A stretch of 64,000 nt of DNA from a marine bacterium AO1-C (GTDB lineage Bacteria > Bacteroidota > Bacteroidia > Cytophagales > Microscillaceae), in NCBI GenBank assembly GCA_001890965.1, contig MLAY01000008.1, positions 296,341 to 360,340 of the forward strand. The letters run 5' to 3'. The notes beneath the pieces were generated by a model. It was not told the origin of the DNA, ran no database searches, and saw only the letters and a list, made by a program, of their open reading frames with translations. Positions 49,977-60,549 of the stretch are shown piece after piece. The translations under genes and the position numbers were made by a program. How positions within the stretch are numbered: position 1 is the stretch's first letter; every line of letters begins with the position of its first letter.

Positions 49977-52900
49977 TCAGTATTTTATAATCTTTCGGGC
50001 AATTTGCTGGTCTCCTACCTGCATCATCATTGTATAAATACCTGATCGTAAATCACTTACTACTATTTCCAGTATTTGATTTTTACTCATCGCTATAGTT
50101 TGTTGCTTCACTACCTTTCCTTGGTGATCAATGAATTGTACTTGTATCTTTTGAGCTACAACCTGGCTTATTTTCAAAAATAACCGTTCACTTGTCGGAT
50201 TAGGAAATGTCTTGATAGTACCCATAGATAGTTGCTCTGGCAATGCAGTAGGATTCAATACTTCTCCTTCAATGGCAAATGTGTAGCTTCCTTCATCTGC
50301 ATCATTGTTAGCAATTACTATTTGGGCTTGTTTAACTCCTGCTGATGTAGGTGTAAAAGTAATCTGGAAAGCAGTCTGATTTCCTTTGTTCAACTCTGAC
50401 GCAGGTTGAGCAGTCAATGAAAAGTCAGCGGCATTGGCTCCCGTAATTTGAACCACAGGATTTCCCGTAAGTTTCAATATACCATCGCCTACGTTTTCTA
50501 TAAAAAACGTACGAACTACTGAAGTACCTGAGGCTTCCAAAACTCCAAAATGAGTATGGTTATCCGTTTGCGCAGTAGCACTTCCATTTACAATGCCTAC
50601 TCCATTCCCAATCAAGTTAATTTCGGGGTTATTAATTACAGTACCTGATAGCGTCAGTTCAAAAGTACTTTGAGCAGGATCGTTGGTGTTAAAAGATAAT
50701 ATTCCGGCAATATCACCTTCATCGCTGGCATCTAACTGAAGCTGAAAGGAAGCCGTACTACCAGAAGTAATCACTGAGGGAAAAATACCTACAAGGCTAA
50801 ATCCATTAGGTAAATTTAGATTGTCTAAGGCTAGATCTTTGGCTCCCAGATTTTGAACACTAAATGCCTGAGATATTGTAACTCCTAATGAAGTTTGGCC
50901 AAAATCAATGGTGTTCCCTGTATTAATTTCACTCCCGTCTGCTTTAGCCAGTACTAGTTTCGGTGTAGGAGATTTTACCAAAAAACTTTGCTCAACCTCA
51001 GCCTTCAGATAATTATCGCTTCCTACTTGGGTTGCTTTCACAGTCACCATACCTACCCCATTCATTGTTAGTAGTTTACCGTTGAGCGTTGCTGGTCCAT
51101 TTACTACACTAAAAGTAATGTCTAAACCTGTAGAAACTGTAGCCTGCAGTTCAAAATCTGCATCACCCAACACCTTGCCCTGAATAGGGACAAATGTTAA
51201 AGTTTGACTGGCTTTATTTATCGTAAAGGTTTGACGAACGGCATTAGCTGCTAAATAATTACCATTCCCTGCCTGATTGGCTTCTATCACTACGGTTCCT
51301 GCACCTGTAATCGTCAAAGTTTTGCCGTTGAGAGTTACAGGGCCACTAATGATTTGAAAATCTATGGTCAACCCACTATTTGTAGTAGCCTCTAAATCAA
51401 AGTCTGTATCTCCATAAATTTTATCAGCAATTGGTTTAAAATCAATAGTTTGTACCCCTTTAGTTACCATAAAAGTACGTCTGACAGCATTGGCTGCCAG
51501 GTAGCGATTGTTCCCTGGCTGGGTAGCTTCTACGGTAATAGTACCCAACCCAGTAAAGGTCAATGTTTTGCCATCCAAGGTAGCCGGACCGCTGACTACC
51601 TGAAACTCAACAGCTAAACCACTGCTGGCAGTAGCTTCTAAATCAAAGGATTTTTCGTCAAAAGTTTTATCAGCAATGGCTGGAAAATCAATCGTTTGAT
51701 TCACCTGAATTACCGAAAAAGTTTGACGTATTGAATTTGCTGCTAGGTAGTTGTCATTGCCAGCTTGAGTGGCTTCCACTGTTATTGGGCCTGCTCCCGT
51801 AATGGTTAATTTTTTACCTTCAATAGTGGCATTACCGCTAACTACCTGAAAACTCACCTCAAGACCACTATTAGACGTCGCTTCCAACTCAAAAACTCCT
51901 ACCAATGACTGATCAGCAATGGCTGGAAATGTGATGGTTTGAATAGCTTTATTCACTTGAAAAGTTTGCTGTACAGCTGGTGCAGCCAAATAATCATCAT
52001 CTCCAGGCTGATTGGCTTCTACAGTAATTGTTCCAGCTCCAGTAATTGTTAACTTGTTGCCATCAACAGTAGCAGGTCCACTAACGACTTTAATGCTTAC
52101 GCCCAAACTACTGGTAGCATTGGCGCTCAGATCGATTGGAGCTACCCCAAAAGTTGTATTCCACAACGTAGAAAAATTGATGAGTTGTTGCTTTTTCGGC
52201 AGGCGTTTAAATATTGTACCATTACTAATTACGGCATACCCAGTACCAGAACTTGGGAAATACACATCATTTGTTATAGAGTTTATGCGCTCACTTTGGT
52301 GAGTTGTCCAATCATCCGAAGTCTTATATAACCCATCAAAATACTGTATGGTTTGAGCATCCAAAAACTTACGCCCTCCTATATTATTATTCAATATTGA
52401 CCAACTCACCCCACCATTGGTAGTTTTCAAAATAAAGCGAATACCTAACGCATAACCTGTCAACCCATCTGTAAAATAAATATCTTCAATAGCATCTGAA
52501 GCTATCACACCTACTTTTACCCAGATGGCTCCATTGTCAGAAGATTTATACAATTCATTATAACTTACCCCATAAATAACTCCAGAACTTCCCTCAACAT
52601 AGTGAATGTATCTAAGGTTTGAGCCACTTGGAAAGGTTGATTGTTGCCAATGTTGTCCTCCATCTAATGTATAATAAGGGGCATTATGACTCCCATACAC
52701 TATTCCAATAGTGTTGTTTTTAAAGGTGACACCTCCTTGACTATTATTTGGCAAGTCAATACGTTTTACCCAACTTATTCCACCATCAGTAGTTTGATGT
52801 AATGCGTTTCTGGTGCTTATCCAGCCAGTATTTACATCCGTAAAATAAAGCCCCAAAACCTCACCTGTAGCAATATTATTTGGCAGCGAAGTCCAGGTAG

Positions 52901-55334
52901 CACCTCCATTAGTGGTTTTGAGCAAAACTGAAGAAAGAATGCCTTCTCCCGCAGCATAACCTACCTTGTCATCTACAAAAAATACTGATTGCAAAGATCG
53001 ACTCGTACCACTGTTTTGCTCAATCCAGTAACTGTCTACGTTATATTTGGCTTGATAAATAGCAATGGTATGAGTTAAATCACCACTCTTTATATTTAGC
53101 GCAATAGATCTCTCAAAAGAGTTGTTATTTGGCTCCATATCTATTACAATATTGGTGGTTCCACTTTCACCATTACTTGCACTAAGGTGAACCCAGGAAG
53201 GCACTCCACTAATGGTCCAACTACTGCTAGAGTTAATGGTAATAGTTCGCTGACTTGCCTGAGAAATCATATGTAAGTCATCATCAGATACCCCTAAATA
53301 GCTACTGCTTATCTGATTATTCTTAAATATTTTACCATCACTCACCACTGCATAACCCGCATTAGAACTCGGAAAATATACATCTTTGGTAAAACTATTA
53401 TAATTACTAATGCGCTCTTCATTAAAAGTTATCCAATCATCTGAAGTCTTATATACTCCGCCATAATACTGTATAGTTTCAGCGTTGACAAGTTTGTCTC
53501 CTCCTACATTCTCATTTAAAACTACCCAGTTCACTCCACCATTGGTGGTCTTTAAAATGAAGTCAACATTTAGCGCATAACCTGTCAATTCATCTGTGAA
53601 ATAAATATCTCCAATAAATTTAGAAATATTACCTCCTACTTTATTCCAGGTAACCCCATCGTCTAAAGATTTATATAACACGTCACCATTTGAAATTGCG
53701 TAAACAACCTTGGAACTTCCTCCAACATAGTGAACCTGCTTAAAACTTACACTACTGGCAAGGGTTACCTGTTGCCAATGTTGCCCCCCATCTAATGTAT
53801 AATAAGGGGCATTATTATCCCCATAAATCATCCCAGTAGTAGTGTTTTTAAAGGCAACCCCACCACGGTTATACAACACATCGATATGCTTTGTCCAACT
53901 AATTCCACCATCAGTAGTTTGATATGCCCCCTTTTCAGTAACCATCCAACCACTATTCGCATCCATAAAATAAAACCCCAAAACCTCACCTGTAGCAATA
54001 TTATTAGCTAATGATGTCCAGGTAGCACCTCCATTGGTAGTTTTGAGTAAGGTGAGGGAAAGAATACCTTCTCCCCCAGCATAGCCCACATTATCATCTA
54101 TAAAAAATACCGATTGCAAAGGCCGACGTGTGCCACTATTCTGTTCGTTCCAGGTGTTATTTATGTTCAATTTGGCTTGAAAAATAACGATTGAGCAAGT
54201 TAAATCACCACTCTGTATGTTTATGTTCGCGTTTCTATCGTAAGTATTGTTATTTGCCTCAATATCAATTACCACATTAGTCACCCCACTACTGCCACTA
54301 GTTGCACTCAAATGAACCCAAGGAGGCACCCCGTTGCTAGTCCAATTATTATTGGAATTAATAGTAATGGTTTGTTGGCTTGCTTGAGAAGCCGTGGTGA
54401 TTTCAAACGCTGACATTCCTAAGTAAGCACTACTTGTATGGCTTCTCTTAAATATTTTGCCTTCGATACTTACTGCATAGCCAATATTAGCACTTGGAAA
54501 ATACACATCGCTTATAGTAGTTCCTCCTGTACGCTCCTTTCCATAAGTTACCCAATCATCAGAGGTTTTGCGCAAGCCTTCATAATATTGTATAGTTTGA
54601 GCATCCAAAAACTTACGGCCTCCTACACCATCATTCAATATTGTCCAACTCAACCCACCGTTGGTAGTCTTTAAAATAAAATCAATGCCCAAAACATAGC
54701 CTATCAACTCATCTGTGAAATAAATATCTTCAATAGATTTAGAAGTAACCACTCCTACTTTAGTCCAGGTGATTCCATCATCCAAAGATTTATATAAATC
54801 ACCCTCATTTGAAACTCCAAATACAACCTTAGAGCTTCCTCCCAAATAGTAAACCTGATCAAAGGGGATGGTTGTTTTTTGCCAATTTTGACCTCCATCT
54901 ACTGTATAATATGAAGTATTATGAATCCTATGAACCATTCCAACCATATTATTTTTAAAGGTCATCCCTCCACGATTATGATAGAATAAATCAATCCGCT
55001 TTGTCCAATTCTCTCCTCCATCAGTAGTCTGGTATAAGCCATTATCAACGAGTATCCAACCAGCACTCATACTCGTAAAATGAAGCCCTAAGATTTCACC
55101 AGTAGAAATGTTATTAGCTAGAGAAGTCCAGGTAATTCCTCCATTAGTAGTTTTGAGCAAAGTCGGAGAAAGAATATCTGCTCCTCCAGCATAGCCCACA
55201 TTATCATCCAAAAAAAACACTGATCTTAAACGTTGATTTGTGCCACTGTTTAGCGTTGTCCATTGCGCCTTCGTAAAAAATGGCATAGAAACAATACTCC
55301 ACAATAGGAGTATCTGAATTGCTGATGTTTTCAT
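49977..55334 (-). CDS. giant modular T9SS-secreted protein: 3x (Ycf48-like BNR beta-propeller + BACON) + 5x Ig-like + T9SS C-terminal domain
   Basis: 1785 aa with a signal peptide. Three ~500-aa tandem repeats carry TTNGG.TWTSL / TTDGG..WTK / S.DDG.TW.KVG blades, each followed by a BACON-like segment (W.S.GVP.WVHLSA..G.SG.TN.VID.E.NNN..R...I.SGDLT..I.I.Q). Five ~90-aa Ig-like repeats follow (Q.I.F..IADK.....F.LEAT..SGL...F.VVSGPATL.G..LT.TG.G...V.A.Q.G). The C-terminal sorting tail is IKTFPNPTSERLFLKI...GIYTMMMQVGDQQIARKII. Confidence 0.85.
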   Translation of the reverse strand: MKTSAIQILLLWSIVSMPFFTKAQWTTLNSGTNQRLRSVFFLDDNVGYAGGADILSPTLLKTTNGGITWTSLANNISTGEILGLHFTSMSAGWILVDNGLYQTTDGGENWTKRIDLFYHNRGGMTFKNNMVGMVHRIHNTSYYTVDGGQNWQKTTIPFDQVYYLGGSSKVVFGVSNEGDLYKSLDDGITWTKVGVVTSKSIEDIYFTDELIGYVLGIDFILKTTNGGLSWTILNDGVGGRKFLDAQTIQYYEGLRKTSDDWVTYGKERTGGTTISDVYFPSANIGYAVSIEGKIFKRSHTSSAYLGMSAFEITTASQASQQTITINSNNNWTSNGVPPWVHLSATSGSSGVTNVVIDIEANNNTYDRNANINIQSGDLTCSIVIFQAKLNINNTWNEQNSGTRRPLQSVFFIDDNVGYAGGEGILSLTLLKTTNGGATWTSLANNIATGEVLGFYFMDANSGWMVTEKGAYQTTDGGISWTKHIDVLYNRGGVAFKNTTTGMIYGDNNAPYYTLDGGQHWQQVTLASSVSFKQVHYVGGSSKVVYAISNGDVLYKSLDDGVTWNKVGGNISKFIGDIYFTDELTGYALNVDFILKTTNGGVNWVVLNENVGGDKLVNAETIQYYGGVYKTSDDWITFNEERISNYNSFTKDVYFPSSNAGYAVVSDGKIFKNNQISSSYLGVSDDDLHMISQASQRTITINSSSSWTISGVPSWVHLSASNGESGTTNIVIDMEPNNNSFERSIALNIKSGDLTHTIAIYQAKYNVDSYWIEQNSGTSRSLQSVFFVDDKVGYAAGEGILSSVLLKTTNGGATWTSLPNNIATGEVLGLYFTDVNTGWISTRNALHQTTDGGISWVKRIDLPNNSQGGVTFKNNTIGIVYGSHNAPYYTLDGGQHWQQSTFPSGSNLRYIHYVEGSSGVIYGVSYNELYKSSDNGAIWVKVGVIASDAIEDIYFTDGLTGYALGIRFILKTTNGGVSWSILNNNIGGRKFLDAQTIQYFDGLYKTSDDWTTHQSERINSITNDVYFPSSGTGYAVISNGTIFKRLPKKQQLINFSTLWNTTFGVAPIDLSANATSSLGVSIKVVSGPATVDGNKLTITGAGTITVEANQPGDDDYLAAPAVQQTFQVNKAIQTITFPAIADQSLVGVFELEATSNSGLEVSFQVVSGNATIEGKKLTITGAGPITVEATQAGNDNYLAANSIRQTFSVIQVNQTIDFPAIADKTFDEKSFDLEATASSGLAVEFQVVSGPATLDGKTLTFTGLGTITVEATQPGNNRYLAANAVRRTFMVTKGVQTIDFKPIADKIYGDTDFDLEATTNSGLTIDFQIISGPVTLNGKTLTITGAGTVVIEANQAGNGNYLAANAVRQTFTINKASQTLTFVPIQGKVLGDADFELQATVSTGLDITFSVVNGPATLNGKLLTMNGVGMVTVKATQVGSDNYLKAEVEQSFLVKSPTPKLVLAKADGSEINTGNTIDFGQTSLGVTISQAFSVQNLGAKDLALDNLNLPNGFSLVGIFPSVITSGSTASFQLQLDASDEGDIAGILSFNTNDPAQSTFELTLSGTVINNPEINLIGNGVGIVNGSATAQTDNHTHFGVLEASGTSVVRTFFIENVGDGILKLTGNPVVQITGANAADFSLTAQPASELNKGNQTAFQITFTPTSAGVKQAQIVIANNDADEGSYTFAIEGEVLNPTALPEQLSMGTIKTFPNPTSERLFLKISQVVAQKIQVQFIDHQGKVVKQQTIAMSKNQILEIVVSDLRSGIYTMMMQVGDQQIARKIIKY

Positions 55335-55907
55335 GTTGTTAAGGGTTGTTTGTTAGTACCTGATGTATTGCAGGATTTAAAAATTGTGCACTTAGCAATT
55401 ATTATCATTACCAAAAGCTTCTTACTGCTTTTACAAATGCATCCAAAACCAAAAAGCCTGTTGATTTATAATCACCAAAAATTACTATTGCGAAAGATTC
55501 CTTATGAACACTCAATTAATACCTAAGTGTCAGAGTCTAATCACAAGAAGTAGCAAGTAAAAAAAGTTATCGTCAAAAAAGGTATCAGTGAGTGTATTGA
55601 GACGTCTCAAATCTAGGTTTTGAAACCTTTTCAATTATAAGCAACTGAAATTCAACACATTTACTTTTCTCGTTTTATGTAGAATGAGTTTCTATCTATT
55701 TATTTACAAAGCAAAAAGAAGTGAAGACTATCTGGATGTGTCAGAAAGGAAAAAAGGTTAAACACTCAACTTGAACGAGAAAGGAAAGATAATAAATAGT
55801 AGGAGGGAACAACTGTTTGAAGATATTATTAAAGTCTAATATCTAAAATAATTTATAATACAAGTATTGTCACCAACTCGCCTGTTGGCAACAACACTTG
55901 AAAACCT

Positions 55908-56570
55908 TTAGAAACGTCTCATATATCCTACTCCTAAATGATAGCCTCGGTTTTTGGAGGTTTGAAACTCATCAAAGTCTCGTTGGCCAGCATAGTAAAG
56001 CGACTCTACAAACAGTTGATTAGCTCCAATATCAAACGAGAAACCTAAACTCCCGTATAGTCCATGATCCCATTTCTGATAACGAGGACTAGAGTCAAAA
56101 TCAAGTATTTCTCTGATGGTCGGTTGATCTGTTCCCAGAAAAGCTGTTTCCTGATAAGCCGATACAATTCTGGCCAATCCATACCCAGCTTTACCAAATA
56201 CTTTGAATTGACGGAATATTGGGATACTCACTCTTGCCATCAGTGGCAATTCTACATAATTCAACAAAAACTTGGTATCTCCTACAAATAACCCTCCCCC
56301 AAATCCTGGGATGCAGGCAGCACCACGTTGTACAAAACCAGGCTCTATGCCAAAACTAAAGTACTTATTGACTGAATAATAAGCCAAGGCTGACACCTGA
56401 AGGCGATCTACATGAATGGTGGCATCATCGGGTAGAGCTACATTGCCGTACTCTTCCCAAGAACGAGTAAAGCCGCCGCGAACGCCGACTGAAAACTGCG
56501 CTTGAATATCTAAGGCAAGCAAACAAATAACAGCAGTTAGTAAGGTGGATTTTAGTGTATTCATAAGCAA
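55908..56570 (-). CDS. outer-membrane beta-barrel protein (porin/OmpA-like barrel family)
   Basis: 220 aa with a signal peptide, an alternating amphipathic beta-strand pattern, and an aromatic C-terminus. Confidence 0.6.
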   Translation of the reverse strand: MLMNTLKSTLLTAVICLLALDIQAQFSVGVRGGFTRSWEEYGNVALPDDATIHVDRLQVSALAYYSVNKYFSFGIEPGFVQRGAACIPGFGGGLFVGDTKFLLNYVELPLMARVSIPIFRQFKVFGKAGYGLARIVSAYQETAFLGTDQPTIREILDFDSSPRYQKWDHGLYGSLGFSFDIGANQLFVESLYYAGQRDFDEFQTSKNRGYHLGVGYMRRF

Positions 56571-56619
56571 AAAATTAGGTGGTTTTTCTGCCTATACGCA
56601 CTGCAAGGATTGATTGTGT

Positions 56620-57489
56620 CTAATGCCGTTGGGCAAATTTTTGTAAACTAATGGTGGGTTTACCCAACTTTTGCCAGGTAGCCTCAGCCTCAAATTCTTC
56701 AGGATAATTATTAAGTGCTTCGATAATGTACCTTCCATAATTGAACCTGGGTGTGAAGCTTCCAAATAATTTCATGAAGCCAAAGGGCAGCTTGATAATT
56801 GTAAGCTTTTTGGGAGAGTTTTCTATAAAAGTTTTGGCAGCAGCATCGGCATTGAATCCTTCTTGCCCTTGAATAACAAATTCATAGTTTTGGTCATCTT
56901 CTAACTTTAATGCATTGGCCACTTGTCGTCCATAGTCTTCCGCAGCAATAAAGTACATGGCATATTCTGAGGTGCCCGCCAGCATAATTCTGTTTCCTTG
57001 TCGATAATTGCCCACTGTGAAGTTTTCCATAAAGGTAGAAGGGTAAAAAACAGTAGAAGGAATTGGGAGTTTTTTAATAATTTGTACCGCCTGAAGTTTA
57101 ATTGCAAAAACCCACCAGTCAAAGCCGTTTACCCCTTGATAACTTTGCACCAAAGAAGATAAATAAGCAATGCGCTTAAGGCTGGTATTGCCTTCTAATG
57201 CTTTTGCAATATTTTGGATACCTTCTCGTTCAGGTTGGAAGTGTTTTTGGCGAGACTCTGGTTTTACCGATAAGTTGAGATACAGGGTATCTACCTGATT
57301 TACAAAAGTTTCTATTTTAGTAATGTCTTTTAAGTCGCCTTGTATCAAAGTAACTTCTGCGGGCAATACTTTGGAGGCCTTTTGGGTATCTCGCACTAAA
57401 ACTTTTACGGCAAAACCTGCCTTGAGTAGTTCTTTTACTACAGGTTTACCCAACATACCAGTAGCTCCAATCACACCTATTTGATCCAT
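56620..57489 (-). CDS. NAD(P)H-binding NmrA-like / atypical SDR protein
   Basis: 289 aa. N-terminal Rossmann motif IGVIGATGMLGKPVVKELLKAGFAVKVLVRD. Confidence 0.75.
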   Translation of the reverse strand: MDQIGVIGATGMLGKPVVKELLKAGFAVKVLVRDTQKASKVLPAEVTLIQGDLKDITKIETFVNQVDTLYLNLSVKPESRQKHFQPEREGIQNIAKALEGNTSLKRIAYLSSLVQSYQGVNGFDWWVFAIKLQAVQIIKKLPIPSTVFYPSTFMENFTVGNYRQGNRIMLAGTSEYAMYFIAAEDYGRQVANALKLEDDQNYEFVIQGQEGFNADAAAKTFIENSPKKLTIIKLPFGFMKLFGSFTPRFNYGRYIIEALNNYPEEFEAEATWQKLGKPTISLQKFAQRH

Positions 57490-57524
57490 ATAAATACATT
57501 TAACCCAAAAAGTGCAATACTTTA

Positions 57525-58259
57525 TTACCCTCCAATAATTTTTTTCAGGTTACTCTTATAGACACTTCCTATGGGTAATTCCAATTGATTGATTTTCACC
57601 ATATTTCCTTCTATCACTTGCACCTTCTTTATGTTTACAATATAAGATTTATGCACCCGAACAAAAAGGCTTTGGGGCAATGATTTTTCGTAGCTACTCA
57701 AACGCTCTAAGGTAATGATCACCTGATCGGCCAGGTGAAATTTCACATAGCTTCCCAAACTTTCCAGGTATAGTATATCCTGATAGTATACCTGGTATAC
57801 TTTCTTATCCGATTTGAGAAAAATACTCTCTTGGGTGGTATTTGTTTGTGCAAAAACAGGTGGGGTTGCAGCAGGTGATGGAGTGGGCTGTTCTTTCATT
57901 TTCTTGAACTCAACTGCTCGATTCACTGCCTTGATAAATCGCTCAAAGCTATAGGGTTTGAGTAGATAATCACACACTTCTAACTCGAAGCTCTCAATGG
58001 CATATTCCTGATAAGCAGTAGTGACAATAATCAATGGTGGGTTTGCAATAGTACGCAAAAATTGTAGCCCCTTGAGCTTAGGCATGTTGATATCCAGAAA
58101 AATAAGATCAGGGGTGGTTTCGTTCAAAAAATCTATTGCCTCAAAGGCATTATAACAATTACCTATCACCTCTATACTTTGCAAACTTGTGGCAAAGTTG
58201 GCAATTACCTCATGGGCCAGTGGTTCATCATCTACAATCAGACATTTCAGCTTCATCAT
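57525..58259 (-). CDS. LytTR-family two-component response regulator
   Basis: 244 aa. Receiver domain (IVDDEPLA...LDINMP) plus a C-terminal LytTR DNA-binding domain. Confidence 0.85.
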   Translation of the reverse strand: MMKLKCLIVDDEPLAHEVIANFATSLQSIEVIGNCYNAFEAIDFLNETTPDLIFLDINMPKLKGLQFLRTIANPPLIIVTTAYQEYAIESFELEVCDYLLKPYSFERFIKAVNRAVEFKKMKEQPTPSPAATPPVFAQTNTTQESIFLKSDKKVYQVYYQDILYLESLGSYVKFHLADQVIITLERLSSYEKSLPQSLFVRVHKSYIVNIKKVQVIEGNMVKINQLELPIGSVYKSNLKKIIGG

Positions 58260-58265
58260 TCGTTC

Positions 58266-59300
58266 TTATTTATTAATAAACAAATCTACCTTGTATACCT
58301 CCTCATTATCGCTCATATCAAGCTGGTATTGGCTACCATACAACAGCTCAAGGCGACGATGGACGTTTTCCAACCCTACTCCTCCTTTGGGTTGTCTTTC
58401 CTCTGCATCGTAATTATTTTCCAGCTTAAAATGAATCAGGTGTTCATCCGCTTCTAGGCCTACTTTGATATAAGCACCACTAGTCAGGGTTTCAAGCCCA
58501 TGTTTAAAAGCATTTTCCAGAAAAACAATCAACAACAAAGGTGCAATCGTAGCTCGTTCGTCGGTAACATCTATGTCAAATGTAATACAACCCCGCTCGT
58601 GTAAACGAATTTGCTGCAAGCTGATATAGTTTTGTAAATAATCTATCTCCTGTTTGAGCAATACTTGTTTTTCCTTACAATCATAAATTGTATAACGCAT
58701 CATATCGGAAAGCTTCAGGATTACATTGGGAGCTTCATCCGATTTGATCAATGCCAGCGAATATAAGTTATGGAGGGTATTGAAGAAAAAGTGAGGGTTC
58801 ATTTGATTTTTAAGCAAGACAAGCTCAGTATTCAGTTGTTCGTTTTCGAGGCGCACAATCTTATTCAATTGAAAAAACCAACGGTAAGACAAGTTGACAA
58901 AGGTGCTAATTGCAATCACGAACAGTATAGCTATAAACCCAAAAGGATAATTTCTCAAATTCAATTCGTCTTCGTCGTGGTCAAAGAAAAGCACATCTAG
59001 CAAATTATCTACATAAAAAGCAATTGGAGTCCATATGGCCACCAAGGCAAGTATCCCCAGTAAATAATAAGTGTACTTTTTTTGAGCCAAAAACCGAGGA
59101 ATGAGCACCAAGGTATTGACATAAATTCCTGGCAACAAAATGAGTGACACCCCCATAAGTATTTGCAAAAAATGCTTAAAATATCCTGCATCAGGATATC
59201 GATTATCCTTGAAAAGGGCAATGCTCAACAAACTTATAACTAACAGCCAAAAACCTATATTGATGCCCCAGATAATTCTGGTTTGTTTCTTTGAATTCAT
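58266..59300 (-). CDS. sensor histidine kinase, LytS/His_kinase (PF06580-type)
   Basis: 344 aa. N-terminal 5-6 TM domain and H-box NPHFFFNTLHNLYSL, adjacent to the LytTR regulator. Confidence 0.85.
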   Translation of the reverse strand: MNSKKQTRIIWGINIGFWLLVISLLSIALFKDNRYPDAGYFKHFLQILMGVSLILLPGIYVNTLVLIPRFLAQKKYTYYLLGILALVAIWTPIAFYVDNLLDVLFFDHDEDELNLRNYPFGFIAILFVIAISTFVNLSYRWFFQLNKIVRLENEQLNTELVLLKNQMNPHFFFNTLHNLYSLALIKSDEAPNVILKLSDMMRYTIYDCKEKQVLLKQEIDYLQNYISLQQIRLHERGCITFDIDVTDERATIAPLLLIVFLENAFKHGLETLTSGAYIKVGLEADEHLIHFKLENNYDAEERQPKGGVGLENVHRRLELLYGSQYQLDMSDNEEVYKVDLFINK

Positions 59301-59532
59301 ATCTTCCTCAGCTCATTTGTTGTAATAATTCACAAAAGCAGGCGTCAGCTTTTGTTTCAGTCTTAGTAGGTTGCATGATACATTTATTGCGCAAAGATCA
59401 CCAATTTCTTTAACCAACCCCTCATTTTATCTCATCAACTGGTCATTTTCATCCACCAACGAGTTGATTCACGATAACCCCTCATTGGTGTGGGTTTTAA
59501 GGGAGTTCGTTTAAATAATTTTATAGAACACC

Positions 59533-60498
59533 TTGAGTATTGTTGTTTTGAAGCACATCAAAACCAATATACTCATGACAAACGCATCGGAAACGACTTC
59601 ATCTCAACACCAATTAAAAATATCAAAGCTAAGTAAAACATATGCCAATGGTACCAAAGCACTACAACAAGTAGATTTACACATTTCTACGGGTATGTTT
59701 GGCTTGCTAGGCCCCAATGGTGCTGGTAAATCTACCTTCATGCGTATTTTGGCCACCCTTCAGGAAGCCGACTCAGGAGCAGCCTATTTCAATGATATCA
59801 ATATTCTTAAAGACAAACACGCACTACGAAACCAACTGGGTTATTTGCCTCAGGAATTTGGCCTATATCCCAAAGTAAGCGCCGAAAACCTTTTAAATCA
59901 CCTGGCAATTCTGAAAGGCATTTTGCATAAAAAAACTCGTCAACAGTTGGTAGCCTCACTTTTGCAAAAGACTAATTTATATGATGTGCGCAAGAAAAAA
60001 GTAGGTGGCTTTTCGGGAGGGATGAAGCAGCGTTTTGGCATTGCTCAAGCACTCATCACCAATCCAAACTTAATTATTGTAGATGAACCTACCGCTGGGT
60101 TAGATCCTGCCGAACGTAATCGTTTTTATAACCTATTGGCTGAGTTGGGCGAGCAGGCCATTGTGATTTTATCTACCCACATTGTAGAAGATGTCAAAGA
60201 ATTATGCACCGATATGGCAGTGCTCAATAAAGGGCAAATCCTTCTAAAAGCCAGCCCTGCCAAAGCAATACAAACGCTGGAAGGTAAGATCTGGGAAAAG
60301 CATGTAAATAAAGCTGAGGTGGCCGAGCTTAAAACCCATTTTCAGGTAATCTCAGAAAAAATGTTTGCAGGCAAGCCCCTGGTACATGTGTATAGCGATT
60401 CCCAACCTACTACTGGGTTCCGCCTGGTAGAACCAGATTTAGAGGATGTGTATTTTTCTAAAATCTTTGGAGCCACTGCTACTCCCGCTTTAGTCTAG
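59533..60498 (+). CDS. ABC transporter ATP-binding protein (ABC-2 / NosF-like subfamily)
   Basis: Walker A GPNGAGKST, signature FSGGMKQR, Walker B IIVDEP. The start may be at the internal MTNASETT. Confidence 0.85.
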   Translation: MSIVVLKHIKTNILMTNASETTSSQHQLKISKLSKTYANGTKALQQVDLHISTGMFGLLGPNGAGKSTFMRILATLQEADSGAAYFNDINILKDKHALRNQLGYLPQEFGLYPKVSAENLLNHLAILKGILHKKTRQQLVASLLQKTNLYDVRKKKVGGFSGGMKQRFGIAQALITNPNLIIVDEPTAGLDPAERNRFYNLLAELGEQAIVILSTHIVEDVKELCTDMAVLNKGQILLKASPAKAIQTLEGKIWEKHVNKAEVAELKTHFQVISEKMFAGKPLVHVYSDSQPTTGFRLVEPDLEDVYFSKIFGATATPALV

Positions 60499-60549
60499 GT
60501 CTAGTCCTCCTTTATTCACTCTATTCTTTGTTTACCAAATCATATAACT

